This document shows, in pieces, positions 1 through 14,146 of a stretch of DNA of 64,000 nucleotides (position 1 is the stretch's first letter; each line of letters begins with the position of its first letter). The stretch comes from Callorhinchus milii. Taxonomy: Eukaryota. Under the pieces are notes generated by a model, which saw nothing but the letters and a program-made list of their open reading frames with translations, was not told where the DNA came from and searched no databases. The stretch is taken from positions 66,526,001 to 66,590,000 of the forward strand of contig NW_024704745.1 of assembly GCF_018977255.1 (NCBI RefSeq), given 5' to 3'. The translations under genes and the position numbers were made by a program.

Positions 1-1224
1 CAGGAAGTAACCTCCTTCTTGTAGTCTCTCCATTTCAGTATAGCTGGGATCAGAAAGGCATTGGAATGAGCTCAAGTGAAACAAATAGGTAGAGAAAATC
101 AGGCAATATTCTATGGGTGGCATCCCCTTATTCGTGATACTACATGCTGGTGCTTCAATGTACGACTCCATTCATATATTTCCAAGCTTTTTAAGCAACT
201 AAAATAAAAAGAAATATTTAGGGCAACAGATACCATTGGTGATAAGTAACAATAATAATAAATCACATCATTGTAATTTTCTTTGTTACCAGCCAAATTC
301 AATCCCTCTTTGAATTCCTGGACCCTGTTGTGGGTGCCATCAAGCTCGGTATAACACTCACAATTGAGGCTCATGTGTCAATAAAGGTTACTTCACAAAA
401 TCTTCAGTAAGCACATCTAGCCATTTATTATCTTGGTATTAAATGGTTTAAATCACTTGCTCTACTGCTGATTCCACACACTCACCTGATCCACTTGCTT
501 ATTACCACACAACACAACCAAAGGTTTAAAGAATGAATGAAAGAAGCACAGTGGGGCCCTTGTTTTCCTGCAAGACCCGAGCTGCAACTGGAGCATCTCA
601 GGCATAGAAATGATAGAGAATAGATCTTTCTGTCCCTGTGCGCATGCACAATTGCAAAAACATATCACAATCCTGGGAAAAATGCAACTCCCAGTGTTCA
701 ATGGCACGTTTGCAGAGACATCAGGAAATCTGGCACTGGGCATAGTAAACAAATTAGTTAATAGATTTCTTTAAAAGAGAAAAGAATTTTTAGCTCAAAA
801 CGTAATCCATTCATCATTGGGAAAGCAGTTCTAAAGTATGTTACAGCTAAACCTGCAGTGTACAAAGACTGAAATCTATCCACAGACAAAGAATGTTGTC
901 ACGCAATCTAAGCCACATCCTTCCAAGAGGTTAATTGCACAATAAAGTGTAGGATTCTCAGACTGTAAATGCTTTCCTTGTTCTCTTTATAGTAAAGACA
1001 GGAATTTAAAGGGATGCTCTGGGTTCTCAGACCTATACAGCACATTTAATCTTTTAAAATATCGTTGCTGTCAAATGCCATTATTTCACCTTGAGAGAAA
1101 GAGAGGGAGAGGAGGGGGAAATCAAGGTGAACAATTGCTACCTATTATTGACTTCATCTCTTAACAACATATACAGTTTCTGATTGCACTTATTGATGCA
1201 TATCATTTACAGGGCTTTTGAATA

Positions 1225-1592
1225 TGGAGTTCTGTTGCAAAGTGGTTAGTACGCTCACCTCGGAAGTGAGAGAACTAGTGTTCAATTGCCGGGTGGGGCG
1301 AAACCTTAGGCAAATTTCCTTACTCCACACGTCTCTATTTACCAAGCAGTAGGTAGGAACCCAGTTGTTAGTCGATTGGCAGATCGTTTTCCAGGGGATT
1401 AATCACTCTAATAAAAATTGGTTACTCAATGCACGACTGTTTGTAGGACACTGCTGTGTGCAATTGGCTGCTGAGTTTTGGCCACAAAACATACAGTCAA
1501 TCCACTTTACCTTATATTCTTTGAAACGCGTTGAGACGTCTCAGCGACGTGATAAGGCGTTATATCAAATGCAAGAATTATTATTATTATTA
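1225..1592 (+). mobile_element. tRNA-derived Deu-type SINE, long subfamily (B)
   Basis: tRNA-like head, central TGTTTGTAGGACACTGCTGTGTGCAATTGGCTGC, L2-like tail ending TATATCAAATGCAAGA(ATT)n. Confidence 0.8.
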
Positions 1593-1911
1593 CAGTCAAA
1601 GCCTGATATGGATCCTTTTGTGTGACAGTCACTATTCAATTCAAATTCTTCTGACAAAATTTCAATTTTCGCATTCAAGAGAACAGAAAGGGAAAGGCAG
1701 ATCATCTATTTGTGTTGGCTTTTTTCTTTGTGGGATTTTTTTTCAAATAAAGAGCAAAAATTCAAACTCAAAACTATTTGATTTAAAAAAAGCCTAACGA
1801 TAAAGCACTGCATTTATTAGCAAAGACAAATGTTTTCTTGCAGAAATCGTTCGTTGTGTGTGCGTGTGTACAAATAGTATAAAAATCAATAAAACATAAC
1901 ACCAGTCTAAC

Positions 1912-4900
1912 CTGGATGTGAATAGAGCCCTCTATTGCTTTTGCAAGGTCACTGCAGCCACTGATCAACGCCATTTGTTCCTCTGGTTTGGAAGTTCCTC
2001 TGAGCATCCCATTTTTCTCAAGTTCATTCAGCTGATGCCTAAATGAAGACCAGAATATGCAGCAACCTTTTAATAAAAGATGACTGTATGAACTCTTTTC
2101 TTAAATACCTGTTATCTTAAAAAAAAACACAACAGTAACAATTTGCAGTTACCTATTTCAAATCGAATATGTTAATTGTATTAAATATGTCAAATTGGGA
2201 GAAACTCTCAAAATGTTTCACAAAGACAAAGTGGGAGCCCGAGCCGAGAGTGAAATCGGAGGGGGGAGGTGGCCGAAAGCACAGTCAAAGAGGTAGATAT
2301 TTAAACTAATTTTAAAAGCAGAGGAGAATTCCAGAGGGTGGGGCAAAGTGGCTGAAAGCTCATAGCTGCTATTGATGGGGCGAAGCAGGTGGAAGCAATG
2401 AAGCAGACAATGAAATAGAGTTGGTGGTTGAGAGGGAGTAGTCAGGGGCATTTGAAGATAATCTTAATGTCGATCTGCTGGGATAGGGAACCCAGCGGAG
2501 ATAGTGGGACGAGCAAGATGGGGGAAGTGAAGTAGGCATCACCCACTGAGCAATGGAAGCAAACAGGGTGGCAGAGGGTTAGGAAGTCAGATAGGAAGGG
2601 GAAGCGAGACCGTGGAGGGCTTTGAAGGTGAGGACCAGGATCTTGAACTGTATCCTCTGTGTGATGGGAAGCCAGTGGAGTCGGGCAAGAATGGGGGTGA
2701 TAGGGTTGCGGAGCCTGGTGCGGGAGAGGACACGGGCTACAGAGTTCTCGATGATCTGCAGCTTGTGGAGGGAGCAGTTAGGGAGGCTGACAAGCAGTGG
2801 GTTTGCATAGTCAAGCCTCGATGTAATGCAATAATAATCTTCTCCATCTTGATTCCCTCTATGTTGTCCCAGCACATCAAGCTGTAATGGATCCTGCATG
2901 AAACAAGGTAAGGATGTCTAATTTCTAGGGGCGTGGAATCAAAGCACATCACTGTTTAAATTCAGCCAATTTAATTGCCAATCTCATTCTCAGAAAGCCA
3001 TGAGGAAGGCGGATGTGGAGAATGGAATTGTTGACTTGGTGTAATAGAGATACTGGTTTAAGGTATATTTACCAGGAACTTTACTTGACATTTAATCTAC
3101 CGTAATTTATAATTTGACATGCGAATCCTCAGTTGTAACTCGAGGTGGCAACAGTAATAAAAAAAAGTATTTGTTCCCCAGCAAGGATTCACCAATGATC
3201 AGCATAAACAAAAGCACAAAGTAGTTTACCTCTAAAGAACACAAATTAGTTTTTCATGCTGTCTTTTGGCAAAAGAACAAACAAAATATCTTAGTTGTAG
3301 CAGATTACACAACATTATCTAGAGGAAGCCTGGGGAAGAGGAGTTGACCGAGAAGCAATCCAGCAAACTACCACCTACAGTTGCCAGAAGTTCCTGAAGG
3401 TGAGATACCCATCTTGAAGAGTTTTACAGGAAAGTCACCAAAGCACGGCAGAAGCACTTTGCAGGAAAGTGACCAAAGCAACCAAAAGCACGGAAAAAGG
3501 GCACAAGGCCAAGGGATTTTGTAAAGGATTTCCAGAGAAGCATTTGGCTGAAAGTTCAGCTGCTGAATATGAAAAAGACAGGGAGAGGGAGTTGCAGCAG
3601 GCCTGAGTTTGTAGAATATAATATAATAATAATCCTTGCATTTGATATAGTGCTTTTCACTTCTAGACGTCCCAAAGCGCTTCACAGAATATACTGTAAA
3701 GTGAAGTGAATGGGTTGAGAAGAGGGGAAGTAGGTGGAAGCAGGTGGATGTGGGGCTGGAGATTGCAGAGGTAGGGATGGGCATGGAGAAATTTGAAGGT
3801 CAGGACGAGTCTTTTGAAGTTGATCTGCTGGGGAACAGGGAGCCAGTGAAGCCTGGCATGGGTGAGACATCGAGTTTAGTGCAGGAGAGGATACAGGCTG
3901 CAGAATTCTGAATAAGCTGGAGATTTGTAGAGGGTGTAGCTAGGGAGACGAGCAAAGAGATTGAGAAATTGAGTGTAGCAGTGACAAAGTGTGAATTCTC
4001 GGCTGCATTGGGATGAGAATGGGATGGAAACAAGCAATGCTCCAAAGATAGGTAAAAGTAATCTTGGTCGGAGGCTAGATTTAGGGTATGAAAGTGATCA
4101 GAGAGTCAAACAAAATACCCAAATTGTGCACTGGTTTAGTAAGATGGTGTGATCAACCTAGGTGTTAGAGAAAGCTAGACGCAAAGAGACACTGGTGAAA
4201 GCCAAGCACAATGACTTCAGTTTGTGGACATTCAGCTGATGAAAGTCAAGCCTCACCCAGGACTTGATGTCTGACAGGCAATCGACAGAAGTGACCATGG
4301 AATTGAAGTGGAGCCAGAGGGGTAGAGTTGGGCATTATTGGTATACATGTGGAAGTTGCCCCTGTGTGGATTATGCCACTATAGAGCAGCTTGTAGATGA
4401 GGAAAATGAGAGGATCATTGATACAGCAGGCGCCTGTGCAATGGTAAGAAGAGAAATTGATAGCAGAGACTCTGGATCAGGGGCAATGGAACCTGGAAAG
4501 AGTGGTCTCACGAAGGTGGATCAGAGTGGAAAAATAGTGGGGGAGTATGGAGTGGTCAATGGTGTCAAAAGTGGCAAAGAGGTCAATGAGGTAAAAACAG
4601 GTTTACATTTTTTTATGCAACCAAGTTCTACAGAAGGAAAAAAAAGCACAAGTTACATGTAGTTTAATAACTTTACATGTAATTTTTGTCAACATAAATG
4701 CTTGTTCTGTTGCGTAAATTTCAAAAATGATTCGGACATACAACCTGTATGGGAGGGAGGACATAGTCTCTTTAAATCCCTCAGAAATCTGATGAATTAC
4801 ACTTTATATCAGCCATTTTATTTGAAAGCAAAAGCCAGAGGGACCACCATGTCAAAGTAACTATAGATACTGTGTAAACAAACTGTCCATTTAGGGAAAA

Positions 4901-7900
4901 AGTGCTGTTGTGTTCACTTCAGTTTCCTTTTCCAGAACAAAAACTGCTGACCTGTAGTTCTTTCAACAAAACGCTACAGACGTTTCCTGACTAAGCTAAC
5001 TTTATCACGAAATAGCAATCGTTTATTTCGGCAATGCTGTGTTCTTTTCTCATTTTAAACTAAAACGCCAAATAATTTTGAAACCTGAAATGTTTTCATT
5101 GATGAACATTAGAACAGCCACATTTACTGTTTAATATTTTAGTTCAAAACATTTTGAAATGCAAATTTATTTAAACCAGCAGAATTTTACTGGAATTCAA
5201 TGCTGCATCAGTTACTATGGCCCACGTAGAGCTAGTGCCAGCCTGTCAAGGAAAGCAGATAAACACTTCCTCTCAAGGAGGAAAATAGACACATCAGTAA
5301 AATTTCAGGCAATCTATTAATAGCTTAGCAGAGTCACACTGAAGGAGATCTGAAAACAAGTCACCAGCCTCTCATTCACCTAGTAAATGATACATAGTGA
5401 AAAGGAATGGTACATAGTACAAAAGTTGAGCCCAAAACGTAACATGCATCAAACACATTTTATAATTTTCCTCTCTATAGACCTGTTGTCCAACAAACAG
5501 CCATGAAATGAATGACCAATTGGCTGAGCTTCCAGTCAGTGTCCATTAAAGTGTTTAGGGAATGCTGCAATGTCAGAAGAAGTGCTGTCCTTTGGATGAG
5601 ACATTGAACTTTGAGCTCACAATCTGGGCTGATGCTTCAGTGCAGTGGTGGGGGAATTGTCTTTTGGTGGAAGTGTTAATTGGAGCTCATCTGCTTGTTC
5701 AATGAACATCAAAGATCCATGGACACTATTCAAAAAGAAAAGGGAGTTTCCCCGTATGTCCTGGTCAATCCTCAGGTTAAAATTGGTCATTCACTTCATG
5801 GTTATTTATGCCTATTGCCTACGTTTCATCCACAAAATATACAGTCAATCCACTTTACAATATACTCTGTGAAGCGCTTTGAGATAACTCAACAATGTGA
5901 TAAGGCACAATATCAAATGCAAGGATTATTTATTATTACCTCTCCCTTCAGGCTGCCAAGACCCTCATAAATCAATTTATCATATTTATAACTACCCCCA
6001 ACACTCCACTACAGACTATCCAAAACTCTGAAAACTGTGTCCTTTCCTGCACCAGGCTTCGTAAGCCGATCACACCCATCCTCGCTCAGCCCCATTGACT
6101 CCCCATCCCGCAGTAGATTGAGTTCAAGATCCTTCAAGAGCACCTTTGAATTCCTCCATGGTCTCCCCGCACCCTACCTGTACAACACTACCAACCCGGT
6201 CGCTCCTTCTGCTCAGTAGAATCCTCCATTCTGGGGGATTGTTAGCCAGGACACCAGGAGAAACATCATTCTCATTCAAATCTTTTAGAATATAAAATGT
6301 ACTTTTCCAACAGCATTGCAAATGTTAGAAAACAAAGCCGAACTCCTACGAAGAGTTTCAGGCATACTGTAAACAGGACGTTTTATTTTTGGGTGGGTTG
6401 TGGGTGTAGACCTGGGTTCATTCCTTACTAAGACGTTGAAATGCAAAGTACATTGGATTTTGGGCTTCGTAGGGCAGGTTTCAATTTTTCCATGTTGTTT
6501 AATAATCCTTGCATTTGATATAAATAATCACATCGTTGAGATGTCTCAAAGTGCTGCACAGAATGTATTGTAAAGTGGATCGACTGTGGATATCATGGGT
6601 GAAACGCAGCAGCCAATTGCACACAGCAGTGTCCCACAAACAGTTGTGGAGTGAGTGATCAAATTTTTTTGGGAAGGATTATTACCCCCAGAAAGTAATC
6701 CGCCAATCAACTAACAACCATGTTCCTACCTACTGCTAGGTAAACAGAGGTGTGTGGAGTAAGGAAACCTGCCTACGGTTTTGCTCCCCCCAGGAATCAA
6801 ACTCAGGTCCTACGAGACGAACGCACTAATCACTTTGCTACAAGTCCAATTGAGTTGTTGATTTCCCTGAATTCAATTGTAATTTTATAAGCGATCCTCC
6901 TCCATTCTGAAGTTTGATTGTAGTATTTGTCCAACATCATGATGGTGATTTTAGGGCTTTATTTGTAAAGCTTTTTTTCCCTTAAATGAAAGCTGCAAAG
7001 GCAGGAGTTCTAGCTGGATGCACCAGAGGTCCGCCTTAGCATGTTTTACGTCGACCTGAACAGGCAGACGGGACCTCAATTTAACATTTCTTCCAGATGA
7101 AGGCACCTCCGATGATACACTCCTACCCCAGAACTGCATTGGATCATCAAAGACTATGCAAGTTCAAAAGTGCCGTTTGAACACATAGCCCTGACTCAGA
7201 GTAGGTGTGCCACCAACCTAGCCAGGACATGCAAGGTTCTGCTCTCCCAGTAACGCACTGGAGTATCTGTCTAAACCAGGGTAGTCCAACTTTTGGGCTG
7301 GATTCCCCATCTGAGATACATCCGTGGGCCACATAGTAATATTTTTGGGTTTCCCTTCTGGAAACATAACATTTACACAGTGCCTTTCACACATCAGAGT
7401 CTTGAAGCACTCAACGCTGTCAGTTGGGCACTTGAGCTGGGGGTGAGCTGAGGGAAATGGGATGGGGAGGGGAAAAGATGACTGAAAGCGCAGTCAAAGT
7501 GTTAGGCGCCTTGAACCAGGGGAGGGAGCGAGCGAGTTCGAGGGACTCCAGGAATGGAGTTCGAGTGCGCGGGCTCAAAATGGTGATGGTGGGGCAGATG
7601 GGGGTGGGGGGATATGAAGCAAGCTGGTGTTTGCTGGGCAAAAGGAACAGCTAGGTTGGGAGGTCGCAAAGTAGTGGAGGGTACAGGAGTTATTCAATGT
7701 GGAAAAATGAGCTTTCTGTGAGGAAAACTACATGGCACGTATCTCGGTGTGCATCCTCGATCCCCCCTATGGCGGCCTAGGGAGGCTCCGATCATCTGAC
7801 AGTGAACCACAAAACGCTGTCCTCACTTCTCTCTCTCTCGCTTTCTTTTGTTTCTCTCTCTCGCCCTCCCCCTCATCCTGTCTCAATCATTCTCCCCCCC

Positions 7901-10900
7901 TCTCTATCACTCTCTCTCTCTCCCCCCTCTCTCACGCACTCTCTCAATTATTCTCACTCCCCTTCCCACACCCTCTCTCCCCCTCCCTCTCTCTGTTTCT
8001 TTCACTCTCCATCGCCCTCACTCTCTCTCCCTCTCGGTCAATCACTCTTTTAATCACGCTCTCTCCCTCAATCACTCTCTTTCCTCCTCTCTCAATCATT
8101 CTCTTCCCCTCCTCTCACGCTCTCTGACCCCTTCTTCCTCTCCCACACTCCCCTCTGCCTCGCGCGCTCTCTCTCCCCACTGCCCCCACCCAACCTCTCA
8201 ATCACTCTCTCTCTCTCCCTCTTTCTCACAATCAGCCACAAGGATCACAGTCTGTAGAGGAAGAAGCTGACGGTTGGTAAGAAACACGCTTGCCTTCCTG
8301 ACCCACTGCAGAAATGGCCAGCATTATTTCCACTGCCCATACTGCGTCCTCCCAACTGCCAGCTCCTGGCATTGCCAGGAGAAGACCGTTCGACGGGGAA
8401 GGAGGGAGCGGGAAGTTGGAAATGGTCTCGGGCTGGATGAAATCATCTTGCTGGCAGAGTGTGTTCCGAGGGCAGTCTGGTGGACCACTCTGGTCTAAAC
8501 GATGAGTTCAAGTCCCGACCTGATCTTACAAGGTATCCAATGTAGTTCCACGGATTTTCTAATAAAAGCAAACAAAGTCAAGTCCCCAGTAGTTGCAGAA
8601 TTAGAATTACTTCCAGTACAAAATTTTAGCTACACTTGCTTCCTCCCTTCTCATACTATCTGTAGTTATTTTTGCAAATACTCAGTGGAGTTTGGAAGGA
8701 AAACAAAATGTGTTCAATTCTAAAAAAATGCCCACTTGTCAGTGTACAATGCAATAGCAAATTCACACTCGGCTTATCAATACGGAGAAGAGCTCCAGAA
8801 TACAACCTTTGGTTTTACTTAAACAATCCCTATAGGACTCTGGTGTTAATATGATTTTATTATGTATTGGGCATAGCAATTCTCTAAACTAAAGGGTTAC
8901 AATTTTTTCTAAGTTCCTGAAGACATGGATTCATTCCGATGTACAGTTCAAGATAAGCCTTAGTGTGTGTATTGAAATTTCTGGGTGCTCTTCAGCATCT
9001 CATCAAAACGACCATTCTTTGCGCGTAAGTGTAGGCAGTCAGTGACAGCTGGCTATTTGACCATGGGAGAGGGGAAGCATCATGTGAATATTGGAGTGTT
9101 GACATCAAGCTCCAAAGAGGTGTTAAATTTACCAAGGATAGCTAACTTTTATTTTGCTAATGTTAACAGAAAATAGTTAAATACTTGATTTGCGGCCAAG
9201 AAAATGGTTAGATTAACAATTACAGTAGTCTAGCAGAGAACAGGAATGTTACCCTTAGTTATCATTGAAACTACAAAAGAAATAAAGGTAAAACATCCAA
9301 GTTATAGGGAGAGGAAAGACATTTTAATATTTCTCCAATTTTAAGATTTGAGAAGTTGAAATGTAACAAAGCTCAAATAACAAAAAGCAATTTACTTTGA
9401 GGCATACAATGAAAAACTAGTGAATAAAAGCTGTTTGTGACATGTTTTATGGAGAACTCATATGAGAAGTTTTTAAACATACCTCATACAGTAGTAGGTT
9501 TCTGAACTATACAAAATAAACAGTCTTTACACTTTACAGTATATTTTGCGAAGCGTTTTGAGACAATGACATAAGGGGCTATAATCAATTGCAATTATTA
9601 TTATTACAGACCTAATTTAATTCTTGACTATGCTATTAACTGATCTCAGTCAGGGCTATAAGTGCTATAATTGCCCTTTCCTGCAGGTTGCAATCCTGCA
9701 ATGCTAACCTGCTCAGTTCCAATAATGTTGTATTTTCAGCAATGTACAAATAAATTAAATCAAATAATTATGATGCGTTTTGTCATGAAGGACAGCTTGA
9801 TTTTTTGGGGGGTGAGCCGGATGTCTCGAGACATGCAGAAACCCATCACCAAGCTAAAGAGCATCCAAACCAAACGGAGATTTCCATGCATCCCACCAAC
9901 ACGTGGAAATCACAGAGATAAACTGTTGGAATGGTATACACACTCTCTTCCTAGAGGGACTTATCCTACTTACCTAATTCTGGAAAGTATTAGGCGCAGC
10001 TTGGCAAAAGCCAAGGCTTAGGGACCCCAGAGTGTGGCGTTAGGGTGCTGCTGGAATTCAAATGTTAAAACCCCATAGTTTGCCATTGATATTGCTGTCC
10101 GGCAAGTTTTCCCGCTGCTACCCTACCCGGTAGGGCTTTGGCTTGCAGGGTTAACAGGAGCTGAGTTGGATGACTACCCAATGCCAGTCTGCCCATCCAG
10201 GTCCTGCTGATGAGCCAGGCTGGCTGTGCTGTCATCAGTAGTGCCCTGGAATACTGTGGCCCCACGTGGCTCAGGACCCGACTATTGAGACCACCACAGA
10301 GGCTGGTTCGATTCCGACATTCCATTGCCACGCATGTCAACTTGGAGACAGTTCCAAGGAGACCCTGCTTACCTCCCACAAAGAGGATGGTCACTAGTAG
10401 GTTGTTCGACATCTGACAAGCACAGGTTTGAGCCCTCACTAGCTGGATGGTAGTAGCACCACCTATTGACAGACGTACAGATATCGGAGCTGGCTGGTGG
10501 TGGAAGAGAACCAGCAGAAAGGAGATTTTACAGATTTATATATTTATCTATAAACATACAAGTTGCATTTTACAAAATAACTTATAATATGCTTATAAAT
10601 ATATTTTACAAAATATAAAAATGAAGACAAGATTATCAAGAAGCTCTCATGCAAGTGGAAAACCTAGCAGAATCAAAGTTAAAGATAAGCACCAATTTGA
10701 TGAAGGGTCCCACAGGTTAAACAACTGATACATCAATGGAGATTCAATTATTTATTACAGTAATTTTATTTGTACATGGCAACAGGGAATTTTGATGTAT
10801 GTTCCATTCCCTAAACCATTTGTCAGTCTGGCTCAGTTGGTAGCAACCTCTGTTATGGGTTCAAACTCCTTGGTGGGATTTTGAGCTTACAGTCCAGGAT

Positions 10901-13900
10901 GATAATAATAATAATCCTTGCATTTGATATAGCGCTTTTCACGTCGGGAGGACGTCCCAAAGCGCTTCACAGAACACACTGTAAAGTGAATTGACTGTAT
11001 ATTTGTGGGCGAACGCGGCAGCCAATTGCGCACAGCAATGTCCCACAAACAGTCGTAGATTGAAAATTACCAATTTATTATTGTTTTTGGTTTAGGGGGG
11101 ATTATTATTAGGCTCTGTGTGGAGTAAGGAAACTTGCCCAAGGTTTCGCCCTGCCTGGGATTGAACTCAGGTCTCTCGCTTGCAAAGCGAGTGCTCTAAT
11201 CACTGAGCTACAGTCCCTATTTTATTACATGTCAAAGCAATGTCAAGCCACCCAACTTCCCTCACACCTTTCCTCCCTCTCTATTCTCAAGCCCCTCCAG
11301 GCTAGATTCGCCCAATTCACAGCAATGAGGCAATACTCGTCCAGATTACAAATGACATCCACTCAAAAAGAGAAGGGAGTTTCTCCCGGGAACCTGACCA
11401 ACAATCCTCCAGGTAAAATTTGTCACTCGTGTGTGTAGGACATTGCTGTGCACAAATTAGATCCTGCAATCGTCTACAAATGTAGTCATTGCATTTTACA
11501 GTAAATAATGTGAATAATTTGGACACTCAATCCATGACTGTTTGTGGGATACTGCTGTGATTTAACAATGTGGTAAAGTGCTACATCAAATGCAAGGATT
11601 ATTATATTCCTTCTAACTCTTCATCAATGAGTCCAGGCTTTTGGTCTCAACCAACATGGAAATCCAGTCCATTTATTATTAACCACTGAGTAAACAAAAA
11701 CTTCCCGGTGTCTTGTTCTGCAATTGCCCTTTGCTATCTTGAACCTGTTCAGAAGTCCTGGCATATCGGAAAATATTGATTTGGGTTTACTATTTCAATC
11801 ACATTTAAAATGTTATTTGCATATATAGGTAAAGAGCTTTAAAGTTGTTTTTTTATATGCAAACTAAAAATAGGGTATTTTTTTTCAGGGTCTATTTTTT
11901 CTGTCAAAAAAGGGTAAATTAGAGGAATGGGGAAATATAACACAATAAAGGGTAAATTCAGCGAGAAAAGTAGTATGTTTTTTGGAACATCCACTTGTCG
12001 TGCACATCATGAGTATGAACAGAGATTGAAGGAACTGTGTCTTTGTTCTATATTCACTGAAACAGAGAGGGTTGAAGGGAGGTTTCATGAACGTCTTTAA
12101 AGTTATAAGGTGTTTTGATAGAATAGGTAGAGAGAAACTGCAGTATTTTCACTGGTCAGTGAGTCAGGGACTAGAGGGCATCAATTTAATATAATTAGGA
12201 AAGAGGAGATAAGAATGATTCTTTTTACAGAGTGATTAGGATGTGGAATGCCCTGCTGGATATGGTGGTTAAGAGGAAACTTAATGCAAATTTAAAACTG
12301 AATAATTTGCAGGGGTATGTGCGGGGGAGCAAGCAAATGGAACTTAATGGATTGCTCAATGGCCTATGAGTGGAGACTGGGGGAAATGAGACCTCTTCCA
12401 CTGGAATAAAGAAGTTGAGGGGTGACTTGATAGAGGGCTTAAACATTATGAGGAGTTTTGACAGAGTCAACAGGAAGAAATTATTTCCACTGGTGCATGG
12501 GTCAGTAATTTGAGTGCATCGATTTAAGATGGTTAGTAATGAGCAAATGGGAACGTTAGGAGAATTGTTTTCTCCTAACACAGAGTAGTTAGGATATGGA
12601 ATGTCCTGCCAGGAGCAGTGGCTGAGGTGGAATCATATTGGCCTTCAACAGGGAATTAGACAAATACCTTTAAGTCAGTTACAGGGATTTGGGGAAAAGA
12701 CATGTAAATTGCACTAAAAGGATTGGGGGGGAGACAGAATATCACAGAATCGTACAGCACAAAAAGAGGCCATTCGTCCCATTGAGTCTGTGCCGGTTCT
12801 TTGAATAGAGCAATTAATGTCAGTCCCACTCCCCAGCCCTTTTCCCATAACCATGCAAACCCGTCCTCCTCAAATACCTGTCCACCGTGTTTTTAAAAGT
12901 AGTTATCGAATCGGCCTCCACCACCCTTTCAGGCAATGGACCGAATTACGTTTTTCTGTGCTGTAAATTTCCATGGTTTTCTGCCTCTTTCAAAGCACAG
13001 ACATGGTGGCCAGAATGGCTTGGTTCTGCGCTGTAAATTTCTATGGATCTATGCGAAATGCTTTTAACATTTTTTGATGATCAGTAAGTTTTCATATGAT
13101 GCAGGGGTGAAAACAGTTATGAAAATAACTGAGAGAGGAGTTTTCATCAGACCATTTGCAAAGTCCAGGACAAAGCAGCAAAGCGGTCTTTTGGCAAAAA
13201 GGGGAAGTGGCTGCAGAATGGGAGCGCTCCAACGTACACTGAACAGTTTGGTGAGCACCCCGGAAGCACAGTCACCTTCACGGCGGGAAATCTTTACAAA
13301 TACAAATAACACGAGGACCTGGATTGAGCAGGTGGTGTTGAGCAAACCTTGCAAGCGGCATTGACGTGCAACAACCAATCTTGGCTGGGGAGCCTGAACG
13401 TTTGCCAAGGTGAGCAAATGTGTTCAAACCCAAACCCAAACCCCGGACGCGCACATTGGCACAGCAACATCCCATACCAACAGCACTGACTGTCATAGCA
13501 GTTACAATCTGCTATGACACAGCAGTTCTCAAAAGCGAAAGCAGACGCACGAAAAAGAATAACCCACTTAAGCGTCGTCATGATAACAGAATACAGCGTA
13601 AAATAAATCGCCAACGTGGCTGAGGTACGTGTCTCAGCCGTAAAGGGTGCAGTCTAAATGGCATACACTTGGCACTTTGCGCCGCCCGGTACCTTATGTC
13701 TTGGATGGCAGAATCGACCTGTTGCTGAACAACATCATAAAGCCTCACTGTGTAGCCTGCGCTTGAGAAGACCGTGGCCCAGCTCCGCCCAATCAGCCCA
13801 CTGGTCAGAAACAGAGAAGCAGCCACGGTTAGCAACACGCAGGAGCCACGTGGATCGCCATACGTGCACCTATGCACACACGCACACCTGTGCAATCGAG

Positions 13901-13950
13901 TCGCATTACCTTCCCACGATTGAAATACTTGCATCCCGGGAGTCAGTCAT
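1912..13950 (-). CDS. CRYL1: Lambda-crystallin homolog / L-gulonate 3-dehydrogenase, coding exons 1-3 (gene continues left of the window)
   Basis: Exons 13950-13910 (41 nt, [14 protein letters not shown]), 13800-13693 (108 nt, [36 protein letters not shown]) and 2038-1912 (127 nt, [42 protein letters not shown]). All GT-AG with matching phases. Rossmann GxGxxG motif; matches the vertebrate CRYL1 N-terminus; lies next to IFT88 as in human. Confidence 0.95.
2225..2830 (-). mobile_element. L2-clade LINE 3' fragments
   Basis: ORF 2579-2899 contains ITSRLDYAN...[12 protein letters not shown]...[24 protein letters not shown], the L2 RT C-terminus. Confidence 0.85.
3625..4600 (-). mobile_element. 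Degraded L2 LINE fragment with a SINE tail at its left end
   Basis: [14 protein letters not shown] in ORF 3800-4045; (ATT)n SINE tail at ~3625-3705. Confidence 0.65.
5510..5940 (+). mobile_element. Older Deu-type SINE (third family)
   Basis: Shares GTGCTGTCCTTTGGATGAGACATT...AAAGATCC-ATGG-CACTATT with 19078-19560 and ends in the common tail. Confidence 0.6.
6500..6848 (-). mobile_element. tRNA-derived Deu-type SINE, subfamily B
   Basis: Reverse complement of the element at 1225-1592. Confidence 0.8.
7828..8230. repeat. CT-rich low-complexity tract
   Basis: About 400 nt of nearly pure pyrimidine with recurring CTCTCAATCA(C/T)TCTC units. Confidence 0.9.
9800..10480 (-). repeat. Unidentified interspersed repeat, copy 1
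   Basis: Colinear similarity with 25155-26140 (CATGCAGAAACCCATCACC, TAATTCTGGAAAGTATTA, AAAAGCCAAGGCTT, GAGGATGGTCACTAGT). Confidence 0.7.
10902..11213 (-). mobile_element. Young tRNA(Ala)-derived Deu-type SINE, short subfamily (A)
   Basis: Near-identical to 15567-15884, 60110-60437 and 61665-62063; A and B boxes, (ATT)n tail. Confidence 0.9.
12020..13050. mobile_element. Cluster of degraded CR1 LINE 3' ends
   Basis: Repeated TTGAGGGGTGACTTGATAGAG...ACAGAG...TGGAATG(C/T)CCTGC motifs on plus; CR1 tail on minus at ~12740-12935. Confidence 0.7.
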
Positions 13951-14029
13951 CTTTCCCTCCCCCTCCCCCTCTCCCCTCTCCCCACCCCCTGTTGCAGATA
14001 GGAAGTAGCTGCGCATCTGCCCCGCGCGG

Positions 14030-14140
14030 CCCGGAGCCCAGGAGGGGGCGGGGCTCTGCTTCAGCTCGCAAGCCCATTGGCTAACGGCACCTTGATTGAC
14101 GGAGGCACACGTGGACGCATGCGCACTAGCGCTGGCAACC
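14030..14140 (-). promoter_or_regulatory. CpG-rich CRYL1 promoter region
   Basis: Just upstream of the ATG at 13950: GC box GGGGCGGGG (~14045-14053), CCAAT on the minus strand (ATTGG ~14076-14080) and NRF1-like CGCATGCGCA (14116-14125). Confidence 0.6.
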
Positions 14141-14146
14141 TGTCAC

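Noticed and set aside
7732-8270. Ser/Leu/Pro-rich ORFs
   Set aside because: Translations of a CT low-complexity tract.
10205-10230. CTGATGAG hammerhead-like core
   Set aside because: No GAAA after the putative stem II.
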